A stretch of 64,000 bases of DNA from Azolla caroliniana (GCA_043228905.1 JBHGNT010000001.1:9424001-9488000); one strand, 5' to 3'. Counted from the stretch's first letter, positions 37,887 through 52,456 are shown. The notes: generated by a model not told the origin, from the letters alone. Numbers and translations are program-made.

Positions 37887-40800
37887 TGTTGGGAAGTCGG
37901 TCCCTTCGGATGGGATCCGGTTATTAATGAAGAGGGCCCGGTGAGAACTTGAAGAGATCCAGAAACCGGATCAGATGGACCTGGTGGGAACTGGAAGAGA
38001 AGACATATTTGTAAATAGCCCTAAGTTCATATAAGTATAAATATGACTTAGTTCAATCACTTTATATGGTTGTTGTCATATTGTTGTATGCGCATAACTG
38101 TTGTATAGAGAGAGAGGAAGAGAGAGAGCGGGGAGATACAGAGCGATACTTTGTTGTAACTGCCGCTTGGCGAAGAAACAGAGCTCAAGGTCGTTGCCTC
38201 CGAGTCTCTGATTGTACCTTTCTCATATAGTGATAGTTTGGAGTTTGTGGGCTCCCGTGGTTTTTCCCTATTAGGGTTTTCCACATAAACATCCTATGTA
38301 CTTTCTGTTAGTGTACGAGTATTCATCTGTATTCCCATTTTTGTGTTTCATTCTCATTGAAGTGATTCTCTGCAATCTGGTATCAGAGTAAACAACACAG
38401 GAAATGGAAGAATCGTTCGGCGATATGTTCAAGGACACTAGCTCCAACTACTCAATGTGGAAGTAAAAGATGAGGGATATGCTGGTGGTTAAAGATCTTT
38501 GGTTGCCAGTTCAGTTCGGGGACAAGAGACCGGATAAGATAGACGCCACAATGTGGGAGGTGATGCACATGAAGACGACGACATACATCCGGTGCTTCCT
38601 CGACATGAGCTTGTACAACAACTTCAATGAAGAGAGAAAGGCTCATGAACTCTAGGAGAAGATCGACATCATGTTCTAGAACAAGAATGTTGTTAATTGG
38701 GTTTTGGTATTCCATAAGCTAGTGAGGCTTCGGTACCAGGATGACTCCAGTATGATAGAGCACATGAATGCCTTCTCGGATTGAAGCAAGCTCCCTGACA
38801 ATGGTACTGGAAGTTGGACTCCTTCATGACCGACCAAGGGTACCACAAGACGCAGGCCGATCACTGCGTGTTTGTGAAGAAATTTGACGGAAGAGATTTC
38901 CTGATACTTCTCCTATATGTACATGATATGCTGATCGTCGGACGAGAACAAGGCAAGATTTGGATGCTGAAGAAGGCTTTGAACCGAACCTTCTCAATGA
39001 AAGACTTGGGTTCGGCAAGATAGATATTGGGAATGCACATCATTCGGGACCGGTCGAAGAAACAGTTGTGGTTGTCACAGGAGAAGTACGTGACAAAGGT
39101 GCTTCAACGGTTCAACATGTCGGAGGCAAAACCGGTCGGGTCGACACTTCCAGCAAACTGCAAGCTATCCCAAAAACAAAGCCTGAGCACAAAGGCAGAG
39201 AAGATGGATATGATGAATATTCCATATGCCTCTGCCGTCTGAAGCTTGATGTACGCGATGGTATGTACCCGGCCAAATATTGGATATGCAGGCGGAGTGG
39301 TGAGCCGGTTCATGAGGAATCCCGGAAGAGAGCACTAGAACGCAGTGTCCCAGTAATCCGCGAGTATGTGTTGAAAGGGGCGGGACCACGGGGGTCTCAG
39401 ACGAGGAAGAGATGGATGTCGGGAGACCGACCCTCTCCGGTCCCGGGTACACCGGTTGTGGCGCAAACTGGAATGATTCCGAATGCGTACCGGAGGCTAT
39501 CGAACACAAGAGAGGGAGAGAGAGAGAGAATACGTGCAACACTGACTCAATGCACGCTACTTATGTACAGAAAAGGAAAGAAGAAACTCTGAAGACGCAA
39601 ACATAGCCACAGATGCACAAAACTTCACTATATATGTACAAAAGCAAGATACAACCCCGTCTTCGAGCCAGACTAAGGTAGGTTAGGTTACAACAACAGT
39701 CTTCTGCCAAGCCGCCGATCGGGGAGCTCTCGGGCTCATCGTGCCGAGCAGGGTCTTGCACAGGAGACAGGGCAGAACCCTTACAAAAACAACAAAGATC
39801 ATCATACCTTGGACCTAATGGTATTACCCTCCTAACTCAAAATGGGCAACCCTTTTACAAGGGACCCTCCCTTCCTTTTATAACCCAAGGAGGGAGGGAC
39901 GTTATAATGTGGGATAAATCCTCCCCTTTATTCTATACACCATTTTCCTACTATACATGTGCACATGTTGCACATTGCTGGAGACTCTGACAGTCGAGCC
40001 CGTGTGTCGACATAAGCCCAGAGAGATGGAAGGTGTTAGCGAGGAGTCCTGGCACGATGTCAGTGAAGATGGATGGGAAATGGCCTACAAGGAGGTCGAG
40101 GACAGAGCCATGGCAGAGAAGAAGGACGAGATGAGAGGCAGTGCTAAGGGGAGCGGAATCGGAAGTCGATCCGACTGGGGATCGAACTGGTCGGAATTCC
40201 AATTCGGTTGGAGCACGATCCGGATGTGGATTATTCGACTGAAACCGGCCCAAGACATGGAAGACAAGGGAGAGGCAGTAGAGCCGATTGACAAGGGTCG
40301 GGTTCGTTACGAAGGTGCCGATATGGGAGAGGGTGCGGGATGAGCCGCCCTTTTTTACATGGGGAGAAAGACTGACCGGGCGAAGGTCGGGAATCGGCAA
40401 GAAGATGATCGAGGGTGTGGAACGAGTCCGGACATTGGAGAATCAAGCCCAGGTGGGGCTTGATCGATCATAGAGCGGATGCTTTCCACCAACACCACTA
40501 AAAGGTTTGGTGGCCTTGGAGGAGTCGTCGGGAGCTGTTTCGGAATCGGTACCCCCACATCTCATTCGGAGACTCCAACAACCGGCCCGACTTGCCCATT
40601 CCATCCTAGTTTCACACCAAAGCCGGAAATCTTCGCAACATCCACCCCCACCATTTTCCTACTATACATGTGCATTTGTTGCACATTGCCGACTTGCTCA
40701 TTCCATCCCGGTTTCACACCAATGCCGGAAATCTTCACGACAGCAGTCAAGTGGATACTGCAGTATTTGAAAGGCACCTCGAGTATGTGCCTCTGATTCG

Positions 40801-41694
40801 GCTCCGGTAAACCCCTCTTGGAAGGCTTCACCGACTCGGACATGTCAACTGATGCGGATACCAGCCGGTCGACATCCGGATATGTCATGACTTATGCAGG
40901 GGGAGCTGTTTCGTGGCAATCGAGGCTGCAAAAGATAGTTGCACTGTCAACCACAGAGGCGGGGTACATGGCAGCTGTGGAAGTCGGCAAGGAGATAATC
41001 TGGATGAAGGACTTCATCAGAGAGCTAGGGATCCAAGAGGAGGAATACCGGCTCTATTGCGATAGTCAAAGTGCCATCCAACTTGCAAAGAACGTGGCCT
41101 ACCATTCCCGAACGAAACATATCCAGCGGAGGTACCATTGGATCCCGGGGAGAGTAGAAGATCAAGAGTTCGTGATGACGAAGTTCCACATGGAGGAGAA
41201 CGGGTCAGATATGCTGACCAAAGTGTTGACGACCGACAAGTTGGACGTGTGCCGAAAGCGGATCGGTCTGACGAGACATCCCATGCCGAAGTGAAGGGGG
41301 AGATTGTTGGGAAGTTGGTCCCTCCATATGGGATCTAGTTATGAATGAAGAGAACATGGTGAGAACCGAAAGAGATCCGAAAACCGGATCGGATGGACTC
41401 GGTGAGAACCGGAAGAGAAGACATTTGTAAATATGTTTTGAGTAAGCCTATTGAGGCTACATTTGTAAATAGCACTAAATTCATATAAGTATAAATATGG
41501 CTTAGGGCAATCATTTTATATGGTTGTTGTCATATTGTTGTATGTGCATAACTGTTGTATAGAGAGAGAGGAAGAGAGAGAGAGAGGAGATAAAGAGTGA
41601 TACTCTGTTGTAACCGCCGCTTGGCGAAGAAACAAAGCTCGAGGTCGTTGCCTCCGAGTCTCTGATTGTACCTTTCTCATATAGTGATAGTTTG
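37887..41694 (+). mobile_element. Internally deleted family-A Copia (gag joined directly to RT; 3' LTR truncated)
   Basis: 5' LTR 37887-~38374; PBS TGGTATCAGAG at 38378; deletion junction ~38775; RNase H ends at 41294; PPT; LTR from 41305. Confidence 0.9.
39346..40742 (-). mobile_element. Probable solo LTR (1.4 kb) inserted in Copia RT
   Basis: TG..CA ends; 4-bp TSD GCAG splitting N-A-V-K-W; internal duplication of cattttcctactatacatgtgca. Confidence 0.75.
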
Positions 41695-43000
41695 CATGTG
41701 TTCATCCCATTCAATTTTCTCACCGTTGCTAAAAATCTTCACGACACTAGCGAACCAACATCATACGAAGAAGCATCAACATCAGCCAATTCGACCACAT
41801 GGCATCTGGCGATGGAGTCCGAGATGAACTCCATTCGGAAAAATCAAACTTGGGACCTAGTCGAACTACCGAAAAATCAACGTGATGTTCTGTGCAAGTG
41901 GGTCTATAGACTAAAAGAGCCGCCTAATTCAGACACCCCAAAAATCAAGGCCAGATTAGTAGCAAAAGGGTTTCGACAAGAATATGGTGTCGATTTCGAC
42001 GAAATCTTTTCACTAGTGGTGAAAATGACAACCCTTTGCTTCATGCTCAACGTCATGGCAACCGAGAATTTGGAGCTGATTCAACTAGATGTAAAAACAA
42101 CATTACTCCATGGTGACCTGGAGGAGAAAATTTATATGGAGCAGTCAAAAGGCTTTGTGGTATTCATCCAAGAACATCTAGTCGACAGACTCAAGAAGAG
42201 TCTATACAGCTTGAAGTAGGCACCACGGTAGTGGTATAAGAAGTTGGATGACTTCATTCAATCAGTCGACTTCTTTAAGGGCAATGAGGATCACTTCCTC
42301 TTCACCAAAACAACTCGAGATGGGTCTCCCATCTTCCTCATCATCTATGTGGATGACATGCTAATTTCCGGCCGGCATGCCGGAGAACTTGCCGATCTTG
42401 TTCGGCAACCGCGGTTGAAGTTCACCATGAAGGACCTAGGTCCAACGAGACACATTTTAGGGATGAAGATAAGTCGGCTTCAGAATCGTAACCAATTGTT
42501 CCTATCTCAAACCGACCATATTGGACGTGTCTTGGAACACTTCAACATGCAATCGGCCAAATCTACTTCGACCCCACTCCCAATTAGTCTTCGGTTGTCT
42601 CAATGACACTTTCCGACATCCGATCCGGAGGGGGAAGATATGAAGTCAGTACCGTATGCACCAGCAGTTGGCTCCTTAATATACGCAATGGTCGCAACAC
42701 GGCTTGACATTGCGCAAGCCGTAGGAGTCATCAACAAATTTATGCACAATCCTGGCCGAGCACAGTAAAGCATGTGTTCAAATACCTCGTGGGCACAAAA
42801 GACTATGGCATCCTATTTGGCTTGAACGATACTTTAGGCATAGTTGGTTACTCTGACTCGGAATTTGCCGGCTGTGTGGACAGTCGAAAGTCGACAACCA
42901 GATACTGCTTTAAACTCGGCAATGGAGAAATCTCATGGAAGTCGAAACTTCAAGAGTGCATTGCTACGTCAACAAACGATATGTGTCGCGGCGAAAGAGG
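41695..43000 (+). pseudogene. Copia RT/RNase H fragment of a different family
   Basis: EPTSYEEA, KARLVAKGF, IYVDDML and GYSDSEFAG. Confidence 0.88.
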
Positions 43001-43179
43001 CCTTCATATTGTGTCTTCATTTTCTAGTATATTACATTTTTTCAAATATTTTTCAAAAGTTTTAACACTCAACATTAATTTTTTTATCTACACTAGACAA
43101 TTTACACGCCCGATTGTTTGAAAACAAAATTGTTCTTATATATTATTGGGACAACGGAATCTCTCACACAACTTCAGGA

Positions 43180-43683
43180 ACTTACCATGCCTTGGACTAT
43201 TGTGGTCCCACACTTTAATAGTTCACATAAAATATCCTCTTTGCTTTTGCCTATGAGGGAATATCTATCACACACATGGTTTAGTGTAATGATAAAGAAT
43301 TGGATCGAACTCCTCCCATCTTGGTTCTTCACCCTCACATATGTTGACCCATTGTCTAACACCTTTGTATCCATGTGAGAAGTCATAACGTATAACTCTC
43401 CCAATATGAAGGGATGAGGATGACTCTTGCATGAAGAGAGTTTGGTTTATCTCCATATCCCCAATCTTCACTCATTTGGGCAACCGTCATGTTTCTCCTT
43501 AATGGCTCAAGTTACACTCTTACCTTCCACCCCAGCTTGGCGTTGATTGGCCATCTCCCCATTTTGTAGAAGTCATTTACATTAGCATAATCTCCGACCC
43601 ATGGTCAATCAATGCAACCATCAGCTCTTTAACATCCCCAATTCATTCTAGGGTTTCCGTTGTTGCCCTTGCCCAATGGGGTT
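43180..43683 (-). pseudogene. Gypsy aspartic protease remnant
   Basis: Minus strand reads HWARATTETL..VALIDHGSEI. Confidence 0.65.
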
Positions 43684-46600
43684 TGTAAGGAATATGTCCC
43701 TTCAGTGGGAGGAACCGACTATTCGGAAAGAGTCGACAATCGAAGACAAGGGAGCAGCCGACAACTGAGGAGTCAACTATGGGAGAGTCGACATGGAGAG
43801 TTGATCAAGGTCGAAGACACGATCAGCTAGTCAGGCCGACTAGTCGGACCGACCCTACAGTCGACGAATGAGTTGGTTGGTTAGTAAGACTATTATTATT
43901 ATTATTAGGTAATAATAATGGCCATTATTGTAAATAGCCCATTCTATGTATTAGTATAAATAAACCTAGGGCAAACAGAATAGAATAGAACAAAATAGTG
44001 TATGAATTGAGTGAAGCGAAAGTAGAGAGCTAGTGAGTGAGGGGCGACATAGATGTGTTTGTAACAGCAGACGTAACGATATATCCATTGTATAGTGAAT
44101 TTTTGTTCTCCGTGGTTTTCTCCCGTTACAAGGTTTCCATGTTAAATCTATCTACACTCTTTTCTGTGTTTTTGAGTTGTGCATTTCCGCGTATTCTTTT
44201 CTTGTCAAATAACGATTAGTTTCTCAATAAACTGGTATCAGAGCGAGGTTCAAGCATGGAAGGAGGTGTGAGCGGCTTCCCAGGTATGATAGTTCTAAAC
44301 TCACAGAACCATGCAGACTGGAAGATCAAAATGGAATACCTCCTCATTATGAAAGACTTGTACAAGCCTGTCGATAGAGTAGATATACCCAGGGGGGTAT
44401 TGGAGTCTAATTGGAAACTTCTTAACAGAAAGGCAGTGGCCACCATCAGACAATGCATCAATGTGAGTGTCCTTCAGCATGTGGCGAATGAAAGAAATGC
44501 CCATGAGATGTGGCAGAAGCTGTCAGGGCTATACGAGAGGAAGAACGCCCTCAATAAAACCTCACTGATGAGAAAGATCGTACAACTGAAATACAGAGAT
44601 GGTGAGAGCATCGTCGAACACATCAGCACATTCATGGGGTATGCAAATCAACTTGTTGCAACCAAGTTTCCCTTTGAGGATCCAATGCAGGCCATATTGC
44701 TATTGTGCACCCTGCTGGACAACCGGCACAATCTAGTGGTGACCCTCAGCATCTCGTGTTAGGAAGAGAACTTGTCTCTACAAGCAGTAAAGACAAGTAT
44801 CTTGAACAAGGAGACTAGAAGGAAGGACAAGGGTGTCTTGGTTCAGTCGGAGTCAAACTTGACTCAACACACCAGCAGAGGAAGGAGTCGGCAAAGCAGT
44901 CCATCAAGGAGGGACAAATCCCATGTCAAATCCAAGTCCAAAGGTAAGCTCGTGTGCTTTTATTGTGGAAAGCCTGGACACTTCTAGAAGGACTGCCGAC
45001 ATCTCAAGAAAGAAAAGAGTGTCAATAATAATGTGGAACCCAAGAAGATTTCTGAAGAAAAGAACACTTCAGCCATTGCTACGAGCAATGAAGAACTTTT
45101 GTTCATTTGTGAACAGACAAATTTTGGTGCATCTTTCCACATAACTCTGTCGGGAGAGTATTTCTCGACTTACATAGCTGGTGATCATGGTTATGTAAAG
45201 ATAGGTGAAAGTGGGGAGTGCAAGATAGCCAGAGTCGGAAGTGTTTGTTTGACGACGTTGAAAGGGTGTCAACTGACTCTGAAGGATGTTTGACATGTCC
45301 TCAATATCAGATTGAATCTGATATCAACTGGAAGATTGGACTATGAAGGCTACAATGGTAGCTTCCGGAACGGGAAATCGAAGTTCTGCCGAGGAAATCT
45401 TATAATGGCCCGAGCACAAAAATAAGGTACACTGTATATGATGCAAGCATGACTGTGCAAGTCGGAACTGAATGTGGCAGCCGACTCGGCAGGACAGATA
45501 TGACATAAGAGGCTAGGCCACATGAGTGAGAAGTGTTTGCATTTGTTAGCCAACTAGAAACTTCTACCAGAGGTAAAGGGAGTGCACCTGGAGAAGTGCG
45601 TCGACTGCTTAGTTGGAAAACAGAATAGAGCATCATTCCACTCAAGACCACCAAGAAGAAGAGAAGTTGCACTAGAACTAGTACACATGGATGTGTGTTA
45701 TGTAGATGCTCTATCGCATCGAGACGGATAGTACTTTGTGACTTTCATTGATGACTACAGTCGGAAGTTGTGGGCTTTTGTACTAAAGTCAAACGGTCAA
45801 GTATTATCGTTCTTCTAGGAGTTCTAGGCAAGAGCTGAATGGGAGTCGGGTCAGAAGTTGAAGACTGTCCAAACCGACAATAGTGGCAAATATAAAGGGC
45901 AGTTCGAGGAATATTGCAAGACCCAAGGTATTCAAATCGACTACACAATACCGAAGACCCCTCAGTTGAACGGGCTTGCAGAGAGGATGAATTGAACAAT
46001 CATGGATAGAGTAAGGAGCATGTCGTCGCATGCTAAACTGTTGAAAATATACTGGGCCGAGGTGATGTACCCTGTTGTTTATCAGATCAATAGGTCCCCT
46101 TAAGTACCGTTGAAAGGTGATGTCCCACAAGGGTGTCGACTTCGACGAGATTTTCACACTAGTCGAGAAGATGACATCCATCCGAACTGTTCTGAGCATA
46201 GTTGCCAGCATGGATCTGGAGATCGAACAGTTGGATGTCAAGACAACATTCTTGCATGGGGAGTTGGATGAAGAGGTTTACATGCAGCAGCCCAAAGGGT
46301 TTGTGGAGAAAGGGAAAGAGAACCTGGTGTGTCGACTAAAGAAAAGCTTGTATGGTCTAAAACAAGCTCCACGCCAATGGTACAAGAAGTTCGAATCCTT
46401 CATAGCGGAAAATGGTTTCCAAAAAACACAGGTGGATCATTGTGTATTCGTCAAAAGGTACGATGAAGTGCCTTCTTGATTCTCTTATTATATGTAGATG
46501 ACAAGTTGATAGTTGGTCAAGATACAATCAAAATCGGTAGCTTGAAGAAAGCATTAAGCAAGTTGTTTGCCATGAAAGATCTTGGACCGACAAAGCAGAT

Positions 46601-47939
46601 CTTAAGGATGCACATACTTCGAGATAGAACTAAGAAAGTGTTGTGGTTGTCACAAGAGAAATACGTGACTAAGATCCTAGAAAGATTCAACATGTCGGAA
46701 GCAAAGCCGATCGGCTCTGTGTTACCGACTAACATCAAGTTAAATGCAAAGCAATGCCCGAGAGGGGAGAAAGAAAAGGCTGAGATGAAGAAAATACCAT
46801 CAGCCGTCGGCAGTCTAATGTATGCTATGTGTGAAAGTGTTTTTAGAATCTAAGACATTGAACATTAGAAGAATATAAAGTATGGATAATTAACACGTTC
46901 GCGTTCACAAGTGGAAGGATTGCGCATTCCACTTGTAGAATCTTCTTAAAACGAAGCAAATACACCCTCTCTACAATAATTGGATGCACTAGTATCACAT
47001 GTTCCTCAACTTGATGAGAATTTGCAAATATAAAAATACATGATAGATCTACGAGTGGAGATCATTAGAAATCATGCAAGTTTAGAAATATTGATAAGTT
47101 AATGTAGGCATAATAAAGTTCAACTATGGCTCAATATGGCACTATTGTGCGACAAGGGAAACACTAACTTAAAGACTTATATTAATTAGGTAGGTTTTAC
47201 AAAAATATGAGGTGTACTTGTATCCATACTAATAAAATGAGATATAATTTATACTTTGACCCATACGTGCATGTATGTAATTGTGGAAAATGTAGGATAG
47301 TGCACATTAGGATAAGTGATTGGAATAACTAACTTATTAAAGTATTCAATACTTGTATTTAAAGTTGATCTAATCTATTCCTCAGTTTGTTCATATGGGA
47401 TCAAACCATATGTGTATATAATTGTGCACAATGTAAGGCAGTGAACTTTAGGATAATGTCGTGGAAATAACAAACCTATTAGGCTTTCATACCTGTATTT
47501 AAAATTGATCTACTCTATTGCTTAGGTGATTCACACAAGATCAAACTCCGAACGATAACGCAACTGGAACCATTATCAACACACTACACAATCTAAGCAG
47601 CAATGGAATAGAAACATAATAGTTTTAACAATAGAAGACAAAGATCCATAATAACAACATGGACAGTCATGGCAACAATTATAGGGCCATGTTCTGTTAA
47701 GGTTAGCTTGGACCAAAATCAGCCTCCATTTAAACTAGTTCATGTTTCTCCATAAGTTTGGTAGTCAGCTATGCACGCGGTGAAACCAATGTCATAAATC
47801 TACTAATCAAGTATATAAAAATAAAATTGAAACATATAGAAGATTATAAAGAATAGAATCCACTAGGTAAAACCCAAAATTTGTATTAATAATGTGAAAT
47901 CTTAACAAATCGTCAGTGTCATATTCTTTATAGAGTCTA

Positions 47940-50900
47940 TTACATAGCAATCAATTCATCAACGTCATTTTCTTCATCATCTTGTGTAGAACTGTCTTCG
48001 GCTATACGTGCATTGGTTTCCCCTGTTAGCCGAGCCAACGAAATATCTTCTATAAGCTCATCATCAAGCTCTATTAGCTCCCCCGGTTCGCCGGCTAACG
48101 GAGGAATAGGCTCTCGCGAAGCAGGTTGAAACCTTTCTGTATTGGCGAGGTTCTTTGCACCGACCTCCTCATCCTGGTCTGGGCACTCCCACAAAGCCTT
48201 AATCCGCATATTAATAAATATAACTTGGTCCTCGTCCTTCTCCAATGCAACTGTATTTCTAAACAGCTTCAATGCACATGCTGACGTAGTTCCTATGATG
48301 TAAGTAACAAGAAGATTTAGTTGTCAAACGAAAAAAAAGTGATTGGTTATCTCAAGATCGTTACCCTAGTTCGAGGAATACCTGTGCCAGAAAAGAGATC
48401 TAATATCCAGTCTCCTTCGACAGAAAACATCTCGATCAAGCGCATCATAAGTCGTTGAGGTTTTTGGTATGGGTTGACAAGTCCCCGTTCTGTCGTGGTG
48501 ACATGTCGCAATTTCCGAGTCACTGCTGGATATACCAACAGATTTGAACCTCCCACTTCATTAGAATGCTCTTTGATTCTCTGTTTCTTAATTTCATCGA
48601 AGTAGCCAACCGTTATGTATTCAATGGCATTAACGAACCGAAAAGTTGGCCCTCTATTTACATTGGTCTTGATCCTATAAAAAATAATTCATCGAGTTAA
48701 GAATAGATTCAACAACCTTAAGAATTGCAATATAATGAAAGACACCTATAAATAATCCTTACCATGCAAGGTTCTCGATGCCATGGCAACGAGATCTCAA
48801 AGCTTGAGCTACTGAGTACCCTTGGTCCATACTATGAAAGACAACTATTCGCCACAAGGATGCAGTCGTTAGCTCAACGAAATCCTTGACCATCTTCTCC
48901 AATTGTTTAAACCTAAACGGTTCATCGTCGTATGATGACCCAGCCATTCGAAATCCGTAAGGAATATCCGCAATCATTAGCGTATATTCCTTCTTTGGCA
49001 CCTTCTGGATCAAGTCGATGACATCACCGCAAACCACATTGTAGTAAAGATCTCTCGTAATATCTTTTTTGTGGCTAAAATTTTTAAACGAGCCATCTTC
49101 CTCCATTTCGTACGCCTTGACTAAGCGACGATCCTTTTCTTTTCTGGCTCGCTTGAGATGTGCAAGGAAGGATGTAGGGAAATCGTGTATATCCTTAACT
49201 TCTCCTTGTTTCTTGCCTCGACACGGTTTCTAATAGAAGCAATAGGACATCAGGTATTATTATACAAGCTCTACATATGATGAAAGGGTAATGAAAAAAC
49301 ATGAATACTAACCCAATCCTTGAATGCAATAAAATACTCTAATAACGCCTTATACGAAGACGTTAGAGGATAATCCTCGGTCACTTGTTCCCAAGTTATA
49401 CATCCAAGTTGTTTCATCATAACTTCTTGGATCTTCATGTACACCTTATGACTGTAAAATTAGAAATCAAGATTAGAACTTTGAATTACACCAGATAGAC
49501 TACAATTTCAGTATTTGAAAGACTTACTTATTGAACTCAGTGACCATTTCTTCAAGGCTTAAATCTTTCGCCACAACCCTTGACAAAACCGACACAAGAA
49601 GCTGCTCGTCCTTAATACCTTGCATCGCTCTCCATAGAGACAGCTTCATGTCGTCTGCCGCTTCTTCAATTGTCAAGTCAATTTTCTTGGCGGCTTGTGA
49701 CTTTAACTCTAGTTGAGGGTCAACCCTACATTTCTTTTGTCGTTGACCCTTTACCTCCTTATTCTCCCACATTGAGAAGATTTGATCTTGTAGGTCCCAT
49801 ACTTCTCCATCTCTAAACGCCAATTGAAACCAAGACTCATACTTTCGAAGACCATCGGACCTAACATTATCATCTACCACAATGCCGACTTCATGCAGAC
49901 ATTGACGTCGAAGGCCTGGATGTAACTTCACACCAAACTTTTGTTTCACATCTAAATACTCGTGGTGGAAGAACCGTATACGCTCAATAGACGACATTTT
50001 TTGCCTATAGTCATTATCATTATTATGGTCCCATGCCAACAGCTTAGCCTCTTCGGTTGTGAGCCCAACATAAATTTTGCACTCGGCATACTTGAAGAAG
50101 AAAGTGGTTGGATGTTCTCTCACAAGTTGTCGACGTGCCTCTGCTCAATGCGATCCACCAATGACAAAATAATTATATTGATCATGCTTTCTAATATCAA
50201 AATCTTCAATGGTTTCACATTCTTCAGGATCTACCATAACAATAAAAGGCACCACAGTGGCATGAGGATTAATTTTCATTTTTTTCTTGAGATTTTGAAC
50301 ATGCATGCGGTGAGGCTCTCTAATCTCAAGTGGTCTTCGACCTGTTTTTTCATCAATAGGGGGCCGATGGATGTGTGTTATAGGCAAATTAAATACTTGC
50401 CCTTTCCTGACCAGCTTCCGTTGCATTAACTCTCTCCTTATTTTATTCTGCTCGGATGACAAAACACCCGAGGCCAGCTCGGCTCCTGGCGTCCCCTTAT
50501 TATCCTCTTCTTCATTTTCACTTGTTGAATCCGTATCCAACATTTTCGTTGTCTTCTTCTTTGCTGGTCTTGACTGGACTTTGGATACCTTTTTTGTGGC
50601 CTTCAATGGGGAGGGCACTTCATCTCTTAGAGTTACATGGCCTTGTATATAAGGCCTCAAGGTAACAATAAGGTTTTGTGAGTTATCAAGTGCTTTTTTG
50701 AAAACTTCTGGCCCACAAGATTCCTTTACTAAAAGGTCTTCTGAAAGGAACACTTTACGTACCCCCTTGGAGCACTCTATCATTACTAGTATGTTGGCCG
50801 AATCTGCATCTTCGTAGTCAAATCGTAGAATACGGCCATACATAAATGGGGTTTCTTTTCCAAGCTTCCCCTCACCCTTCTTCTTTGTTGTATACAATAC

Positions 50901-52311
50901 GACTTTTTTCTTTGAGTCGACATATTGCATACACCATTCCTTGTCCGTTAGATCTCGGTCAGGAAGGTCTTCGCCTCCAGTAGCGGCGACAAGTTTCTTT
51001 TGGCTAACATCACTATGTGGCTGAGATTTTGTCTCTTCGTTAAAGAGAAGCTTTTTTCCTCTCTTCATGGTCTCAGGAGCTACCTTGGTCTGGGCTTCGA
51101 TTGGAGAACCTTGTATGCGAAGCTTAATTTTCTTCACAGGTCGGTCCGACAGGTTCTCAAACGACCTATTTAAGAAAGTATATGCAAAAACATAAGTTAG
51201 GCAGTCACGTAGATTGAGGTTGTATATTATAATGAAGAACAGTTTCCAGGAGCAGTAACATATTCAAAAATCTATTATAGGCAGGGCTATTCAACCTAGA
51301 AAATATATATCGTAATAAGTAAAACGGGTTATATATTCTTTTAAATAGTAGGTATGACTTATATAGATTCTAAACCTATATTGAGGAGAATTTGCCATAG
51401 TAAAGGCAATTTGTGGATCATTTTCTACTATTTTAAGCTAAAGTAGGTCATCAAACACCTATAATTAGAGCATGTATTTCTTTAAAAGTAAGTAAAGTCA
51501 ACATAAAAAAGACTGATTTTGCCAGACAATTTGATATCATTTCCACCCCATAAACGATTTTCCTCTCTCAAAGCCTTCTTATATACAGGGACTCGATACG
51601 CCGTATCGAGTTCGTGTTTAAAGTTTGAATTTTAAATAGGAACTCGATACGCCGTATCGAGTTCGTGTTTAAAACCTATACTTTAAACAGGAACTCGATA
51701 CGGCGTATCGAGTTCGTGTTTAAAACCTACACTTTAAACAGGAACTCGATACGGCGTATCGAGTTCGTGTTTGAAACCTATACTATAAACAGGGACTCGA
51801 TACGGCGTATCGAGTCCCTGTTTAAAGTGTAGGTTTTAAACACGAACTCGATACGCCGTATCGAGTTCCTGTTTGAAACCTACACTGTAAACACGAACTC
51901 GATACGCGGTATCGAGTTTGTGTTTAAAACCTACACTATAAATAGGAACTCGATACGGCGTATCGAGTTCCTTTTTAAAATTTAAACTTTAAACACGAAC
52001 TCGATACGGCGTATCGAGATTCTTTTTGAAACCTACACTTTAAACACGAACTCGATACGCCGTATCGAGTTCGTGTTTAAAACCTACACTTTAAACAGGA
52101 ACTCGATACGGCGTATCAAGTTCATGTTTAAATTGTAGGTTTTAAACAGGAACTCGATACGCCGTATCGAGTTCGTGTATAAATATTTGTATTGTATACA
52201 TGAACTAGATACGGCGTATCGAGTTCTTGAGAAACGAAACATATTTACAAAAATGTCCACAGTGTCAGAGGCCTACCTGGAGTCCTCGCGCTCGATTCTC
52301 TTTGAAGACAT
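47940..52311 (-). pseudogene. ParB-like + N6A/N4C DNA methyltransferase fusion gene, copy B (6 exons)
   Basis: Predicted exons 52311-52277, 51165-49528, 49451-49313, 49229-48763, 48674-48382 and 48292-47940; motifs FVIGGSH*AEAR (stop at 50145-50147), MIADIPYG, NPYQKP, ILDLFSGTG-TT and VALEKD. Confidence 0.88.
51585..52230. repeat. Array of 13 palindromes with a 51-bp period in intron 1 of copy B
   Basis: Core CTCGATACG-S-CGTATCGAG starting at 51592, 51643, 51694 ... 52153 and 52205. Confidence 0.95.
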
Positions 52312-52444
52312 GGTTGATCGTGTTGAAGTGGAGGCGGAGATCGCGCTTTCGTGCTTTGTGCTCTGAGTGCTTTGTGTGCTCTGTGTGCTCTCTACGTTCT
52401 GTGTGCTCTGTACGCTCTGGTGAGTGAAATATGACGAGGTCTTC

Positions 52445-52456
52445 CTATTTATAGGG
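52445..52456 (-). promoter_or_regulatory. TATA box of the cargo gene
   Basis: CCCTATAAATAG on the minus strand, ~135 bp upstream of the predicted ATG at 52311. Confidence 0.6.

Noticed and set aside
51585-52230. CRISPR-like appearance of the palindrome array
   Set aside because: Linkers are short and nearly identical rather than unique spacers; no cas genes; eukaryotic intron context
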